DNA of 64,000 bases. It comes from a virus. Taxonomy: Duplodnaviria; Caudoviricetes. Each line of letters begins with the position of its first letter. Positions within the stretch are counted from its first letter, which is position 1. Under the pieces are notes generated by a model. That model had not been told where the DNA came from, searched no databases, and saw only the letters and a list, made by a program, of their open reading frames with translations. This document shows positions 37,532-46,340 of the stretch, in pieces. The DNA lies in IMG/VR virus record IMGVR_UViG_2865833183_000001, positions 1 through 64,000 of that record, one strand, 5' to 3'. The translations under genes were made by a program, and so were the position numbers.

Positions 37532-39574
37532 ATGACTACCGCACCGCACCCCATCCGCCAGCCCAACCTGAGCCTCGTCAAGGAGCCGGCCGAGGCTTCC
37601 CCGGCCGTCGAGGGGACCGTCGTCAAGCACCAGGGCGAGATCGTCCGGCCCGCGTGGATCGAGTCCGCGGCAGCCCGCATCGAGCGCGCCAAGGATCACG
37701 CGATCGACAACAAGCTGTACGTCGGCTGGTCCGTGCGCGGCTACAAGAACCTCGCCTCCCGGTGGCTCGACGTGTGGCGCGACGACTACCCGCAGATGAT
37801 CGCCACCGCCAAGGCCGAGCGGAAGGACGCCAAGGGCGACAGCGGCGCCGAGAAGGCCGCACACAAGGCAGTCAAGAACCTGCGTGCCGAGTCCCGCGAG
37901 CACAAGCTGTGGCACGCCGCCAAAACCGGCGGATGGACCGTCGCAGCCGCGGCCGGTACCGCCGCAGGCGTGATGGTCGGCGGCACCCTGGTCGAGGCAT
38001 GCATGGCGGTCGGCGCCTACGCCGTCGGCGTCTGGCACGGACGGCCCAGCCCCGGCGAGGCTCCGCTGCAGCTGACAGCAGTCGAGGGCCAGCCGGCCCT
38101 CACCGAGGAGCGGCTGGCCGAGGCCATCAACAGCATCGGCTTCCGCGGCGCCATTCGGGTCCTGTCCGCATCGCCGTGGGGCGCGGATCGCACCGCCACC
38201 GTCGTGTTCGACCTGCCGCCCGCTGTGACCGTGACCGCGCTGAAGAAGCGGGAGGAGGCGCTGGCCGCGTTCCTTGGCCTCGACTCGTCGATGATCGACA
38301 TCACGAAGGCGGGCGCCGCCGGGCGGGCATCGCTGTGGATGACCGACCGGGACCCGTTCGAGGCGCCGCGTCCGTCACCCCTGATGGACATGCGCGGGGG
38401 GCTCGATGCCTTCAAGGTCGGGGTGCCAGTCGCGTTCAACAAGCGCGGCATCACGATCAACTTGGCCATCAACAACTGCTCGTTCGTCATCGCAGGCATG
38501 ACCCGCTCCGGTAAGGGCGTCGGCGCCGCCAACCTCGTCGCTGGGGCCGCGATGGACGTGCGGATCAACCTGCGGATCGTGGCCGGGAAGACCAACGGTG
38601 AGTGGGACGCCGGTGCGAAGGCCGGGGTCGTCGCAACATACTTCAAGCCCAACCCGCAGCGGCTCCTGAACCTCCTTGAGGCCCTGATCGCCGACATGAA
38701 CCGCCGCAACAAGATCCTCGGCGAGATCGGCAAGTCGAAGCTGACAGTGGAGACCATCAACCGTCTCGGCGGCATCGAAGTGCTGGTCATTGACGAGCTG
38801 GCCACATTCACCCGCCCCGGTCTGCCGCTGCGGGACGAGATTCTCGAAGCCCTGATCAAACTGTCCGCTGTAGCGGCCGGCGCCGGGATCCTGATGGTGC
38901 TGATCACCCAGTACCCGGAGGTCGACGTCATTCCCCAGGGCCTGGCGATGAACTGCGGTGCCAGGTGGGCCATGCGCGTCGACAACGCGACCCAGTCCAA
39001 CGCCATTCTCGGCGGCAGCGCCAGCGGCAGCGGCAGGGACGCGTCCAAGTTCGACCCGCCGATGCCGGGCCTGGGCTGGCTGGTCAATCCGTTCGCGGGG
39101 GTCACCGACAAGGCGCGCAGCTTCGACCTTGACGAGGACGAGCGGGGCGAGGTCACCGAGCTGATGCAGCGCGCGGCCCAGCTCCGCGAGGCCGCCGGCC
39201 GTCTGGTGGGTCAGTGGGAGGACCCGATCGAGCGGGCCCTGATCAACGCCACCGGCCTGTCCTCCGCGGCTGGCGGGCCGAAGCGTAACGGCGAGCCGGG
39301 CCTGGAGGTGCTGCACATGACCCCGGAGCAGAAGCTCCAGCTCGATGCGGCACTCGGCGCGCTGGAGGCCATGGACCGGCTGGGTCGGGACGCGGCTCAG
39401 TTGGATGAGATGGCTGAGCTGATCGGCGACATGACGGGGGAGCGGCTCGGCGAGCTGCTTCGGGCGGCCGGGGCGGGCGGCACGATCAAGGTCACGATCC
39501 CGGGTCGGGGCCGTGTCAACGGCTACCGGCGGGAGGACATCGCCGGCGCCGTGAGGTACCTCCAGGGCGACTGA
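37532..39574 (+). CDS. traB: TraB FtsK/SpoIIIE-like conjugative dsDNA translocase
   Basis: N-terminal TM; Walker A GMTRSGKG; Walker B VIDE; TQYP; C-terminal wHTH ending NGYRREDI. Confidence 0.85.
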   Translation: MTTAPHPIRQPNLSLVKEPAEASPAVEGTVVKHQGEIVRPAWIESAAARIERAKDHAIDNKLYVGWSVRGYKNLASRWLDVWRDDYPQMIATAKAERKDAKGDSGAEKAAHKAVKNLRAESREHKLWHAAKTGGWTVAAAAGTAAGVMVGGTLVEACMAVGAYAVGVWHGRPSPGEAPLQLTAVEGQPALTEERLAEAINSIGFRGAIRVLSASPWGADRTATVVFDLPPAVTVTALKKREEALAAFLGLDSSMIDITKAGAAGRASLWMTDRDPFEAPRPSPLMDMRGGLDAFKVGVPVAFNKRGITINLAINNCSFVIAGMTRSGKGVGAANLVAGAAMDVRINLRIVAGKTNGEWDAGAKAGVVATYFKPNPQRLLNLLEALIADMNRRNKILGEIGKSKLTVETINRLGGIEVLVIDELATFTRPGLPLRDEILEALIKLSAVAAGAGILMVLITQYPEVDVIPQGLAMNCGARWAMRVDNATQSNAILGGSASGSGRDASKFDPPMPGLGWLVNPFAGVTDKARSFDLDEDERGEVTELMQRAAQLREAAGRLVGQWEDPIERALINATGLSSAAGGPKRNGEPGLEVLHMTPEQKLQLDAALGALEAMDRLGRDAAQLDEMAELIGDMTGERLGELLRAAGAGGTIKVTIPGRGRVNGYRREDIAGAVRYLQGD

Positions 39575-39577
39575 TAG

Positions 39578-39723
39578 TGCCCGGACACCCCCGGACACTG
39601 CCCTAGTTCATCCCGATATATCCCCCGGTCAGAGGCCGGACACGGGGCGGACAGCACCCGGACGCGACCCGGGTCACGTCCACCCCCTGTCCGGGGGCTG
39701 TCCACGCTCCCGACCGGGGGACA
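39578..39723. repeat. clt-like locus (putative TraB recognition repeats)
   Basis: CCGGACAC at 39581, 39591, 39636; variants 39647, 39658; inverted TGTCC at 39688, 39699. Confidence 0.7.
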
Positions 39724-39758
39724 AACTACCGCAAACGGCTCACTTGAAGGAGATCAAC

Positions 39759-40163
39759 ATGCCCACCGTCTACCGCAACAACCGCCGCGACATGAAAGCA
39801 ATCCAGCGTGTCCCCACGGGCACCACCCTGTACGTGATCGAGGAAGTGTCCCGACGCGTCGCCCCCTACGAGGACCCCCGGCTCTGCGCCCGCTACGAGG
39901 TCACCCACACGCACCCGCTCCTGGGCGGGGCCATGGTCGGCTCCAAGAGCGTGGAACAGCTGCTGGCCGAGCACGGCACCGTCTACACCTCCCAGCCCAA
40001 GGGGGTTCGCGGCATGTGGGAGCCCAGCCCGCAGGTCGCCGGGCCGCTCGGGAACGACACCGAGCGGTACTTGGACGAGACCGAGATCCGCGGGCTGGCG
40101 AAGCAGGTCCGAGACGCCAACGACGACCGCCGCAAGGCCAAGCGGCGCGGCCGGTGGATCTGA
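39759..40163 (+). CDS. Hypothetical protein
   Basis: RBS AAGGAG. Confidence 0.65.
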   Translation: MPTVYRNNRRDMKAIQRVPTGTTLYVIEEVSRRVAPYEDPRLCARYEVTHTHPLLGGAMVGSKSVEQLLAEHGTVYTSQPKGVRGMWEPSPQVAGPLGNDTERYLDETEIRGLAKQVRDANDDRRKAKRRGRWI

Positions 40164-40324
40164 TGGCCGCGACCACCGGCCGGGAGCAGCTGCTCGCCGA
40201 GGCGCGCCGCACCTGGGCGGCATACGAGGCCAGCGGCACCGACGAGGACTACGTCGCCGCCCGCGCCGCCACAACAGACGCCCGCAAGGCCGGGATCACC
40301 CTTGAGGAGATCCGCGATCAATAG
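40163..40324 (+). CDS. Hypothetical protein
   Basis: TGATG overlap. Confidence 0.5.
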   Translation: MAATTGREQLLAEARRTWAAYEASGTDEDYVAARAATTDARKAGITLEEIRDQ

Positions 40325-40423
40325 CGGACCGGGCACCACCGAGCATCCCCGACGCGGGCCGCCCACTCTTCGCCCCGCCCAATCCCCGTCGTCATCACCG
40401 ATCAATCCCAAAGGAGCACAGCC

Positions 40424-40618
40424 GTGAAGAAAAAGATCACCGCCACGACCGAGAACCGGGTCGGAGTAGCTGTCCGCGTCTTCGAGCGGAGGGATAGCAA
40501 TGGCTACCTCCTCAGCGACGGGTGGGAATGCGGCGGATGCGACGAGGGTGGCAGCAGCTACAGGGCGCGCGAAGAGGCCCAGAAGCACGCGAAGACCTGC
40601 TCGTTCAGTAAGCCGTAG
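40424..40618 (+). CDS. Small zinc-finger protein
   Basis: WECGGC...AQKHAKTC. Confidence 0.6.
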   Translation: MKKKITATTENRVGVAVRVFERRDSNGYLLSDGWECGGCDEGGSSYRAREEAQKHAKTCSFSKP

Positions 40619-40654
40619 CCCCCTGACGCAGCCGGCATCGACGAAGGAGACCCA

Positions 40655-40846
40655 ATGCCCGATCTAGAGATCACGCACCAGTCCGTGCGCGACTACATCG
40701 CCGCGAAGAAGCGCGGCGACGAGAAGACCAGCGGTCGCATCAAGGACGAGGTCATTGCCCGCTTCGAGACCCGCATCACCGACGGCACCGAGCTCGTGGA
40801 GCTGGGGCGAGCCATCGAACGCTTCCACCTCGGCGAAGACCTGTAG
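40655..40846 (+). CDS. Hypothetical protein
   Basis: RBS AAGGAG. Confidence 0.65.
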   Translation: MPDLEITHQSVRDYIAAKKRGDEKTSGRIKDEVIARFETRITDGTELVELGRAIERFHLGEDL

Positions 40847-40932
40847 CTCAGCCGGGGCGCCCCGCATCGCCTGGACAGCACCGGGGCGCCCCACCCCTCC
40901 CCGTCACCACGAAGGCCGTAGGAGGCCACTAG

Positions 40933-41547
40933 ATGACCACAGCCATGCCCGATGCGGCAAGCCTGGATCAGGCCGCCGCCCGCATGTACAAAACCCGGCC
41001 CCTCACTCCCGCCGACCGCCGGGCATTCGACGCCATCGCCGCCGACTACCAGCGCACCGCCCCCGCCGCGCCGGCCTCGCGGAAACTGCTGACGAAGACG
41101 GTGGACGAGCTCGTCGAGGAGGCCCTCGGCGGCATCAACCCGCACGGAACCCGGCCCCCGATCGATGTCCGTCTCCCCGGCCGGCTCGCCGCGGTCCTGC
41201 CGGACTGGGCGCACCGTGGGCGGCGCCGGGACTGCACCCACCCGCCGTCCACCCAGCTGTACGTGGCCGCGGCGATCCTGCGCGAGTGGGGCTGGCAGGC
41301 GAAGCCGCACAAGCTACGGAACAAGCGCGGGCAGCGCTGCATCTGCGGGGCGCTCGTCACCACCGTCGCCCTGGGCGTCGGCACCATGTCCGGCGCCGAA
41401 ACCGCCGCCTGGCACGTCCTCGGCGTGCTGCGCGACCAGGGATGGACCCGGCTGATCGGGGACTGGAACAGGCAGTGCGGCAGCCCCGAGAAGGCCATCG
41501 ACGTCACCCTCACCGCCTACCACCGCGCCGTCAGCGCAGGCCAGTAA
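40933..41547 (+). CDS. DUF6197-like protein
   Basis: AAAILREWGW..G.RCICGAL..IGDWN. Confidence 0.7.
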   Translation: MTTAMPDAASLDQAAARMYKTRPLTPADRRAFDAIAADYQRTAPAAPASRKLLTKTVDELVEEALGGINPHGTRPPIDVRLPGRLAAVLPDWAHRGRRRDCTHPPSTQLYVAAAILREWGWQAKPHKLRNKRGQRCICGALVTTVALGVGTMSGAETAAWHVLGVLRDQGWTRLIGDWNRQCGSPEKAIDVTLTAYHRAVSAGQ

Positions 41548-41563
41548 ACCGAAGGGAACCCCC

Positions 41564-41869
41564 ATGGGTTGGAGTACCAGTCACGACACCGCCTACCGGT
41601 CCGCCGACTCTGTCTCGGAGGTAGGCAGGCACGTTGCGAACGTGCTCTCCGCCAGGGACTGGCGGGCCGTACACAAGCTGTTCAAACTCGCCAACCGTGC
41701 TGACGGGCCGTTCACGATCTCCTCCCGCGACGCTGGGCGAATGGCGGCAGCCCTCGGCAAGGCGGCCGGTCACTCGCTGATGCCGGTTGCCTGGCGTGGT
41801 GAGGTTTCGGCGCTGGCCGACGCCGCGCAGTGTGCGGCTACCGCCCGCCAGCCGTGGGAGTGGAGCTGA
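41564..41869 (+). CDS. Hypothetical protein
   Basis: MGW..SH...AA..A....PWEWS. Confidence 0.65.
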   Translation: MGWSTSHDTAYRSADSVSEVGRHVANVLSARDWRAVHKLFKLANRADGPFTISSRDAGRMAAALGKAAGHSLMPVAWRGEVSALADAAQCAATARQPWEWS

Positions 41870-42426
41870 TGAGCAACCCGTGGAAAAGCGCCCGCTCGGT
41901 GGCCGACCTGGGCAACCTGATGGCCGACTGGCTGGAGGGCCGGATCCCGACACGGCCGGGGTACTGCGACACACAGCCGGACGAGGAGACCAACCATCTC
42001 ATCCCCGTGCTCGCACCCGCATGCCGGGCCGGGCTCGTCACCACGAACTCACAGCCCGGCCACCCGCCGGTGCGTGGCTACGACGGGCGCACGTGGCGGC
42101 AGCGGGCATTCGTCGAGGGCTGGATCGCCGACGGCGCACTCCTCGCCCGGATCCGTGCCGCAGCGAAGCGCGCTGGGATGACCGTGGTAGCGCACGGCCC
42201 CAGCAGCCGTGGCGGCGACTGGATCCCTCTCACCGACGCCGACGACGAGATTCAGATGGCGGCGGGCGACTACCCCGGCCACCGCCGAATGATCAACACC
42301 GAGTGGCGTGGCATCGGACGCCATGCCACCAACGAACTCTGCCACGCCACCCATATCGATCTCATCGATCCGGTGTGGGGCCGTGACGACCGGCTGTGGC
42401 CCGCACTCGCCAACGTCATCCGCTGA
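41869..42426 (+). CDS. DUF6919-like protein
   Basis: DLG.LMADWLEG..PDEET..TTNSQPG..QRAFVEG..DPVWGRDDRLW. Confidence 0.75.
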   Translation: MSNPWKSARSVADLGNLMADWLEGRIPTRPGYCDTQPDEETNHLIPVLAPACRAGLVTTNSQPGHPPVRGYDGRTWRQRAFVEGWIADGALLARIRAAAKRAGMTVVAHGPSSRGGDWIPLTDADDEIQMAAGDYPGHRRMINTEWRGIGRHATNELCHATHIDLIDPVWGRDDRLWPALANVIR

Positions 42427-42443
42427 CATCTCCAAGGAGAGCT

Positions 42444-42638
42444 ATGCCCCGCTACACCGTGAAAGCGGAAATCACCCGCCCCCTGGGGCTACCGAACAAG
42501 ACGGTCGCCATCCAGGTCGACGTGGACACCACCGACCCCCTCGACGACCGGATCATGCAGGCGGCCTCAAAGAAGGCCACCGCCAAGTACGGCTGCGCCC
42601 GGCTCGTGTCGATGACCGGACCCAGCGTCAGGTGCTGA
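42444..42638 (+). CDS. Hypothetical protein
   Basis: RBS AAGGAG. Confidence 0.55.
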   Translation: MPRYTVKAEITRPLGLPNKTVAIQVDVDTTDPLDDRIMQAASKKATAKYGCARLVSMTGPSVRC

Positions 42639-42673
42639 CAGCACACCGCCACCTATCCCGGAAGGACACGCCC

Positions 42674-42874
42674 GTGAACAAGCGACTTGCCGCCGCTCTC
42701 CGCCGTGACGACGCCCGCGAGGCCGCCGGGATGCACGCGGACGAGCGGGAGACCTGCCACACCCACCAGTGCTGGGCCACCGAATGCGAAGACCGGCACC
42801 AGCGCCCGACCGCCGGACGGCTGCTCGCCGAAGCCCGCGAACTTGACCGCATCCGTTACAACGCCCGCAAGTAG
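42674..42874 (+). CDS. Hypothetical protein
   Basis: C..HQCW..EC...H. Confidence 0.55.
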   Translation: MNKRLAAALRRDDAREAAGMHADERETCHTHQCWATECEDRHQRPTAGRLLAEARELDRIRYNARK

Positions 42875-42889
42875 TAGAGGAGAACCCCG

Positions 42890-43105
42890 ATGCCAGACAT
42901 GTGGAAAGGCAAGCTACTGCCCGAGCGGCGCCCCGTCCACGAAGAGATCCACTACCGGCTGTACGACGGCCGCACCGGTCAGCTGCTCAGCTTCAGCTCC
43001 ACGAACAGCTTCAACGCCATCGTCGCCGACATCCTCGCAACCCAGCGCGAACACCCCAACGCCCGGATCGTCGGTGCCCAAGTCAACGGCCCCGCCTACA
43101 CCTGA
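42890..43105 (+). CDS. Hypothetical protein
   Basis: RBS GAGGAG. Confidence 0.6.
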   Translation: MPDMWKGKLLPERRPVHEEIHYRLYDGRTGQLLSFSSTNSFNAIVADILATQREHPNARIVGAQVNGPAYT

Positions 43106-43123
43106 CCAGGAAGGAAACAACCC

Positions 43124-43417
43124 ATGACCGTCACCATAGAGCAGATCATCGACCGCTACGCCAAGCCCCTCGCCGTCGTCGCCGACAAGGACGAGGCGCC
43201 CGCCACCGACGTAGACGAGCTCATCGACCAGCTCCAGGACGCCAGCCGGAACTTGGGCCTCGCCCACTTCGACACCGACGACGTGGACGCCGCCGCCACC
43301 TACCTCACCGACGCCCGCACCAGCAGCGGACGCGAGCAGCAGGTGCTTCTGAATAAGGCCGACCAGCGGCTGCGGAACGCCTGGGATCTGTTCGACGAGT
43401 ACGCGCTGATGGTCTGA
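43124..43417 (+). CDS. Hypothetical protein
   Basis: RBS AAGGA. Confidence 0.65.
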   Translation: MTVTIEQIIDRYAKPLAVVADKDEAPATDVDELIDQLQDASRNLGLAHFDTDDVDAAATYLTDARTSSGREQQVLLNKADQRLRNAWDLFDEYALMV

Positions 43418-43454
43418 CCTGCCGCATGCCACGGCCCCGCCCAACGGGCGGGGC

Positions 43455-43640
43455 CTACTCGTGCCCGGCGCCAGCAGGCTGCGGGGCCGGTGCTGGCCGA
43501 GCCCGCGCCATCCACCGGTCCCGGCCCACCACCCGCGACGGGCGACCCAACGGCACCAGACCCAGCGCAGTACACGCCCGCTCCAGCTCGGCCCGAGCCT
43601 CATCCTCCGACTCCGCCAGCACCGTCCACGTCACGCCCAT
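43455..43640 (-). CDS. Small hypothetical protein
   Basis: MGVTWTVLAESE..WMARA; probably leaderless. Confidence 0.5.
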   Translation of the reverse strand: MGVTWTVLAESEDEARAELERACTALGLVPLGRPSRVVGRDRWMARARPAPAPQPAGAGHE

Positions 43641-43815
43641 ACAAGACAGTGTGGCCGCGCGAGCCAGGTGATGCGGGGCGAAACACTCAAACGAGGGGCG
43701 GCACCTGTGCGGAGGTGCCGCCCGAGTGCAGCGCCCCGGGGCTGTCGGGACACGCATGCACAATTGGGGCAGCGCCACCAGCACCTCGAACCACCCGTGC
43801 CACCGAGGAGCCACC

Positions 43816-44505
43816 GTGAACCACGCCGCCGAGGAATACGCCTGGCCCACCTGCACCGCATGCGGACGAGACCTGTGGGAGAGCGAAGCCGGACGCCTCG
43901 CCTGCCGCCCCTGCGAAACCCGCACAGGCGAACGGCTCGGCGAACTCGCCACCATCTTCCAGCAGATCAACAGCAGTGCGGCCCTGATGCGCGGCGCCCG
44001 CCGCGGCGGCGCACCCACCTCCGGCAGCAGAACACCGCCGATCCCGCCACGCCTTGAAGTTCTCTCCCTCGCGGCCACCGGGGGAGTAGCCACTCGACTC
44101 CGCGACATTGAAGATGCGTGGCGGGCCGCCCTCGCCTGGACCATCGCACCCTGGCGCGGCAGCCCCGCCCAGGCGGTGCCCGAGCACCTGCGGTTCCTCA
44201 TCAACAACCTGCCCTGGGCCTGCGACGCCTACGAATCCGTCGGCCAGGACGTGGAAGAGATCCGCCAACTCCACGCCGAGTGCAAGCAAGCACTGACGCA
44301 CGACCGGAAACCCGGCCGCGTCAGTGTCGGCGTCTGCCCCGTCGTCGTGGACGGTGAACTGTGCGGGGCACAGCTCACCGCATCCGCCGCGAACAGCCGC
44401 ATACGGTGTGGCACCTGCGGCGCCCAGTGGGACGACATGTGGGGCTGGCGAGAACTCCGGCAGGCACAGGAAGCCGTCGCCTCGGCAGGGAAGAGGGCGG
44501 CATGA
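43816..44505 (+). CDS. Zinc-finger phage protein, possible late-gene regulator
   Basis: CTAC..CRPC; GVCP..CG..IRCGTCG..W; precedes late promoter. Confidence 0.7.
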   Translation: MNHAAEEYAWPTCTACGRDLWESEAGRLACRPCETRTGERLGELATIFQQINSSAALMRGARRGGAPTSGSRTPPIPPRLEVLSLAATGGVATRLRDIEDAWRAALAWTIAPWRGSPAQAVPEHLRFLINNLPWACDAYESVGQDVEEIRQLHAECKQALTHDRKPGRVSVGVCPVVVDGELCGAQLTASAANSRIRCGTCGAQWDDMWGWRELRQAQEAVASAGKRAA

Positions 44506-44651
44506 ACCACCAGCAGGTCATCCAATCCGCCATCATTTGGCTCGCCGCCATCTCGTCCGTAGCGTGCGCCATCAGCGCCCGGCGACACGCCGCTCGAGCA
44601 CGCGCTGCCCTCGACAGGACGCGGGCTCTATACGACAGGCGGCGGCCGTGA
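44502..44651 (+). CDS. Small membrane protein
   Basis: ATGA overlap, hydrophobic. Confidence 0.45.
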   Translation: MNHQQVIQSAIIWLAAISSVACAISARRHAARARAALDRTRALYDRRRP

Positions 44652-44941
44652 CCGAGGACGACGACGCCCCAGTGCAGCCCGCCTCCACCAGTTTGCCCAT
44701 CGTCACCGCCACCGACGGGCAGCCCTACCTCGGCTGCGATGCCGTGCTCGCCCTGCTACGGGCCATCGCCGAGTCCTGCCGCAACCTCGCCAGCGAACCC
44801 GACTGCGGCCTCGAATCAGCAGCTGCTGCCATCGACTACGAGGCCGATGCGCTGGAATGCCACTGGAGCCGCAACGTGAGCGAAATCGACGCTTGGTTGA
44901 CAATCGCACGAACCGAAGTCATGATCTGCTCAGATAGCTGA
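44648..44941 (+). CDS. Hypothetical protein
   Basis: GTGA overlap. Confidence 0.55.
   Translation: MTEDDDAPVQPASTSLPIVTATDGQPYLGCDAVLALLRAIAESCRNLASEPDCGLESAAAAIDYEADALECHWSRNVSEIDAWLTIARTEVMICSDS
44897..44925 (+). promoter_or_regulatory. Sigma70/HrdB-type promoter for late region
   Basis: TTGACA-N17-CATGAT. Confidence 0.65.
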
Positions 44942-44997
44942 ACTTCGCGCTGAGGCCACCCCACACCGGGTGGCCTTCGTCATTCCTGGAGGTGGCC

Positions 44998-45237
44998 ATG
45001 GCCTCCACGATCGCGCTCGCCACCGCCGCAGACGTCGCCTACTGGACCGGCCGCCCCGTCGGCACCATCTGGCGATGGGCATCCGAAGGCCGCATCACCG
45101 TGCACGGCCACGGCAAGGCGGCCCGCTACAACCTCATGGAGATCGACCCCGCCAAGAGGGACGAGGACGGCAACGTCACCGAACCCACCCCCGCACCACC
45201 CATCACCGGCTGTGTCCGCATCGACAACGCCACCTAA
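44998..45237 (+). CDS. MerR-like HTH protein
   Basis: VAYWTGRPVGTIWRWASEGRI..ARYNL. Confidence 0.7.
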   Translation: MASTIALATAADVAYWTGRPVGTIWRWASEGRITVHGHGKAARYNLMEIDPAKRDEDGNVTEPTPAPPITGCVRIDNAT

Positions 45238-45450
45238 CGACTCCTCGCGGGCTGGTCGAGCAGTACCGGGGTGGTGGCCGCTCTCGCCCGCGAGGAACAG
45301 CGCCTGCTCTGCGGGGGCAGGCCGGACGCCATCCCCCCAGTACGGCGTCCCGTCCGCCCGGTCGACTCGTCACGGCCGGGCGGACCCCAACACCCGTCGC
45401 CCGAAGGACCGCGGCCGGGCGGCGGGCCAGACCACAGAAGGGTAGGAACT

Positions 45451-45537
45451 GTGCAAGAGCCGTGGCGCTCAGCGCTCGCCTTCATCCTCGTCATCGCCGC
45501 ACTGCTACTCCTCCTGCGGCTCTTCCACGCCATCTGA
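45451..45537 (+). CDS. 28-aa single-TM peptide
   Basis: ALAFILVIAALLLLL; RBS AGGA. Confidence 0.4.
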   Translation: MQEPWRSALAFILVIAALLLLLRLFHAI

Positions 45538-45554
45538 GAAGGGCGGCCCGCGCC

Positions 45555-46340
45555 ATGGCAGACGACCTGCTCGTCATCATCCCCACCCGCGGCCGACCCC
45601 AGGCCGTGCCCGAGATCGTGCAGGCGTGGGACGACACTGGGGCCACCGCGGACGTGCTGTTCGCTGTTGACACCGACGACCCGGAGCTGGCCGCGTACAA
45701 GAAGCACGCCGCTGCCCTCAAGAGCGATGGGCGGGTCCGTTTCACGTTCGGCAAGCGGCGCCGGCTGTGCGGCACCCTCAACCAGCAGGCCCTGAAGGCG
45801 GCCAACCAGTACCGGTTCCTCGGCTTCATGGGTGACGACCACCGGCCGCGCCCGGCCGACCGGCCGTGGGATGCACGCATCCGGGAGTGCCTCTCCGGCG
45901 GCCCCGGCATCGTGTACGGCAACGACCTGCTCATGGGGGAGCGGATGCCGACAGCGGTGGCGATGACATCGGACATCGTCAGCACGCTGGGCTACTTCGC
46001 GCCGCCCGTGCTCACCCATCTTTGCCTGGATCTCTGCTGGCTGGACTGGGGTCGCGGCATGGGCCGCATCACCTACCTCGACGACATGGTGATAGAGCAC
46101 CTCCACCCCGCAGCAGGCAAGGCCGAGCTCGACCAGGGTTACGAGGAGGCCAACAGCAGCGAGCAGGTGTCTGCCGACTCGGCCGCCTACTACGAGTACC
46201 GGGACGGCGGCGGGCTCGAAGCCGACCTGGACAAGCTGCGGAAGCTCGTCGCCTACAGCCACGGCGGGACTCTCATCCCCGGCCAATCAGTGGCGGTCAA
46301 CACCAGCGGAGAACCTGAGACTGTCGTGAAGGGGACCTGA
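45555..46340 (+). CDS. GT2/GT-A family glycosyltransferase
   Basis: VIIPTRGRP, FMGDDH, IVYGND, IEHLHP. Confidence 0.85.
   Translation: MADDLLVIIPTRGRPQAVPEIVQAWDDTGATADVLFAVDTDDPELAAYKKHAAALKSDGRVRFTFGKRRRLCGTLNQQALKAANQYRFLGFMGDDHRPRPADRPWDARIRECLSGGPGIVYGNDLLMGERMPTAVAMTSDIVSTLGYFAPPVLTHLCLDLCWLDWGRGMGRITYLDDMVIEHLHPAAGKAELDQGYEEANSSEQVSADSAAYYEYRDGGGLEADLDKLRKLVAYSHGGTLIPGQSVAVNTSGEPETVVKGT

Larger units (their letters stand above)
28822..43417. mobile_element. Plasmid/AICE-derived conjugation module inside the prophage (boundaries approximate)
   Basis: Kor-type GntR, Xis-like, Spd-like, TraB, clt-like repeats; no integrase or Rep recognised. Confidence 0.7.

Noticed and set aside
28822-43417. 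Complete autonomous AICE inserted in the prophage
   Set aside because: No integrase, Rep or att direct repeats recognised; a deleted remnant cannot be excluded
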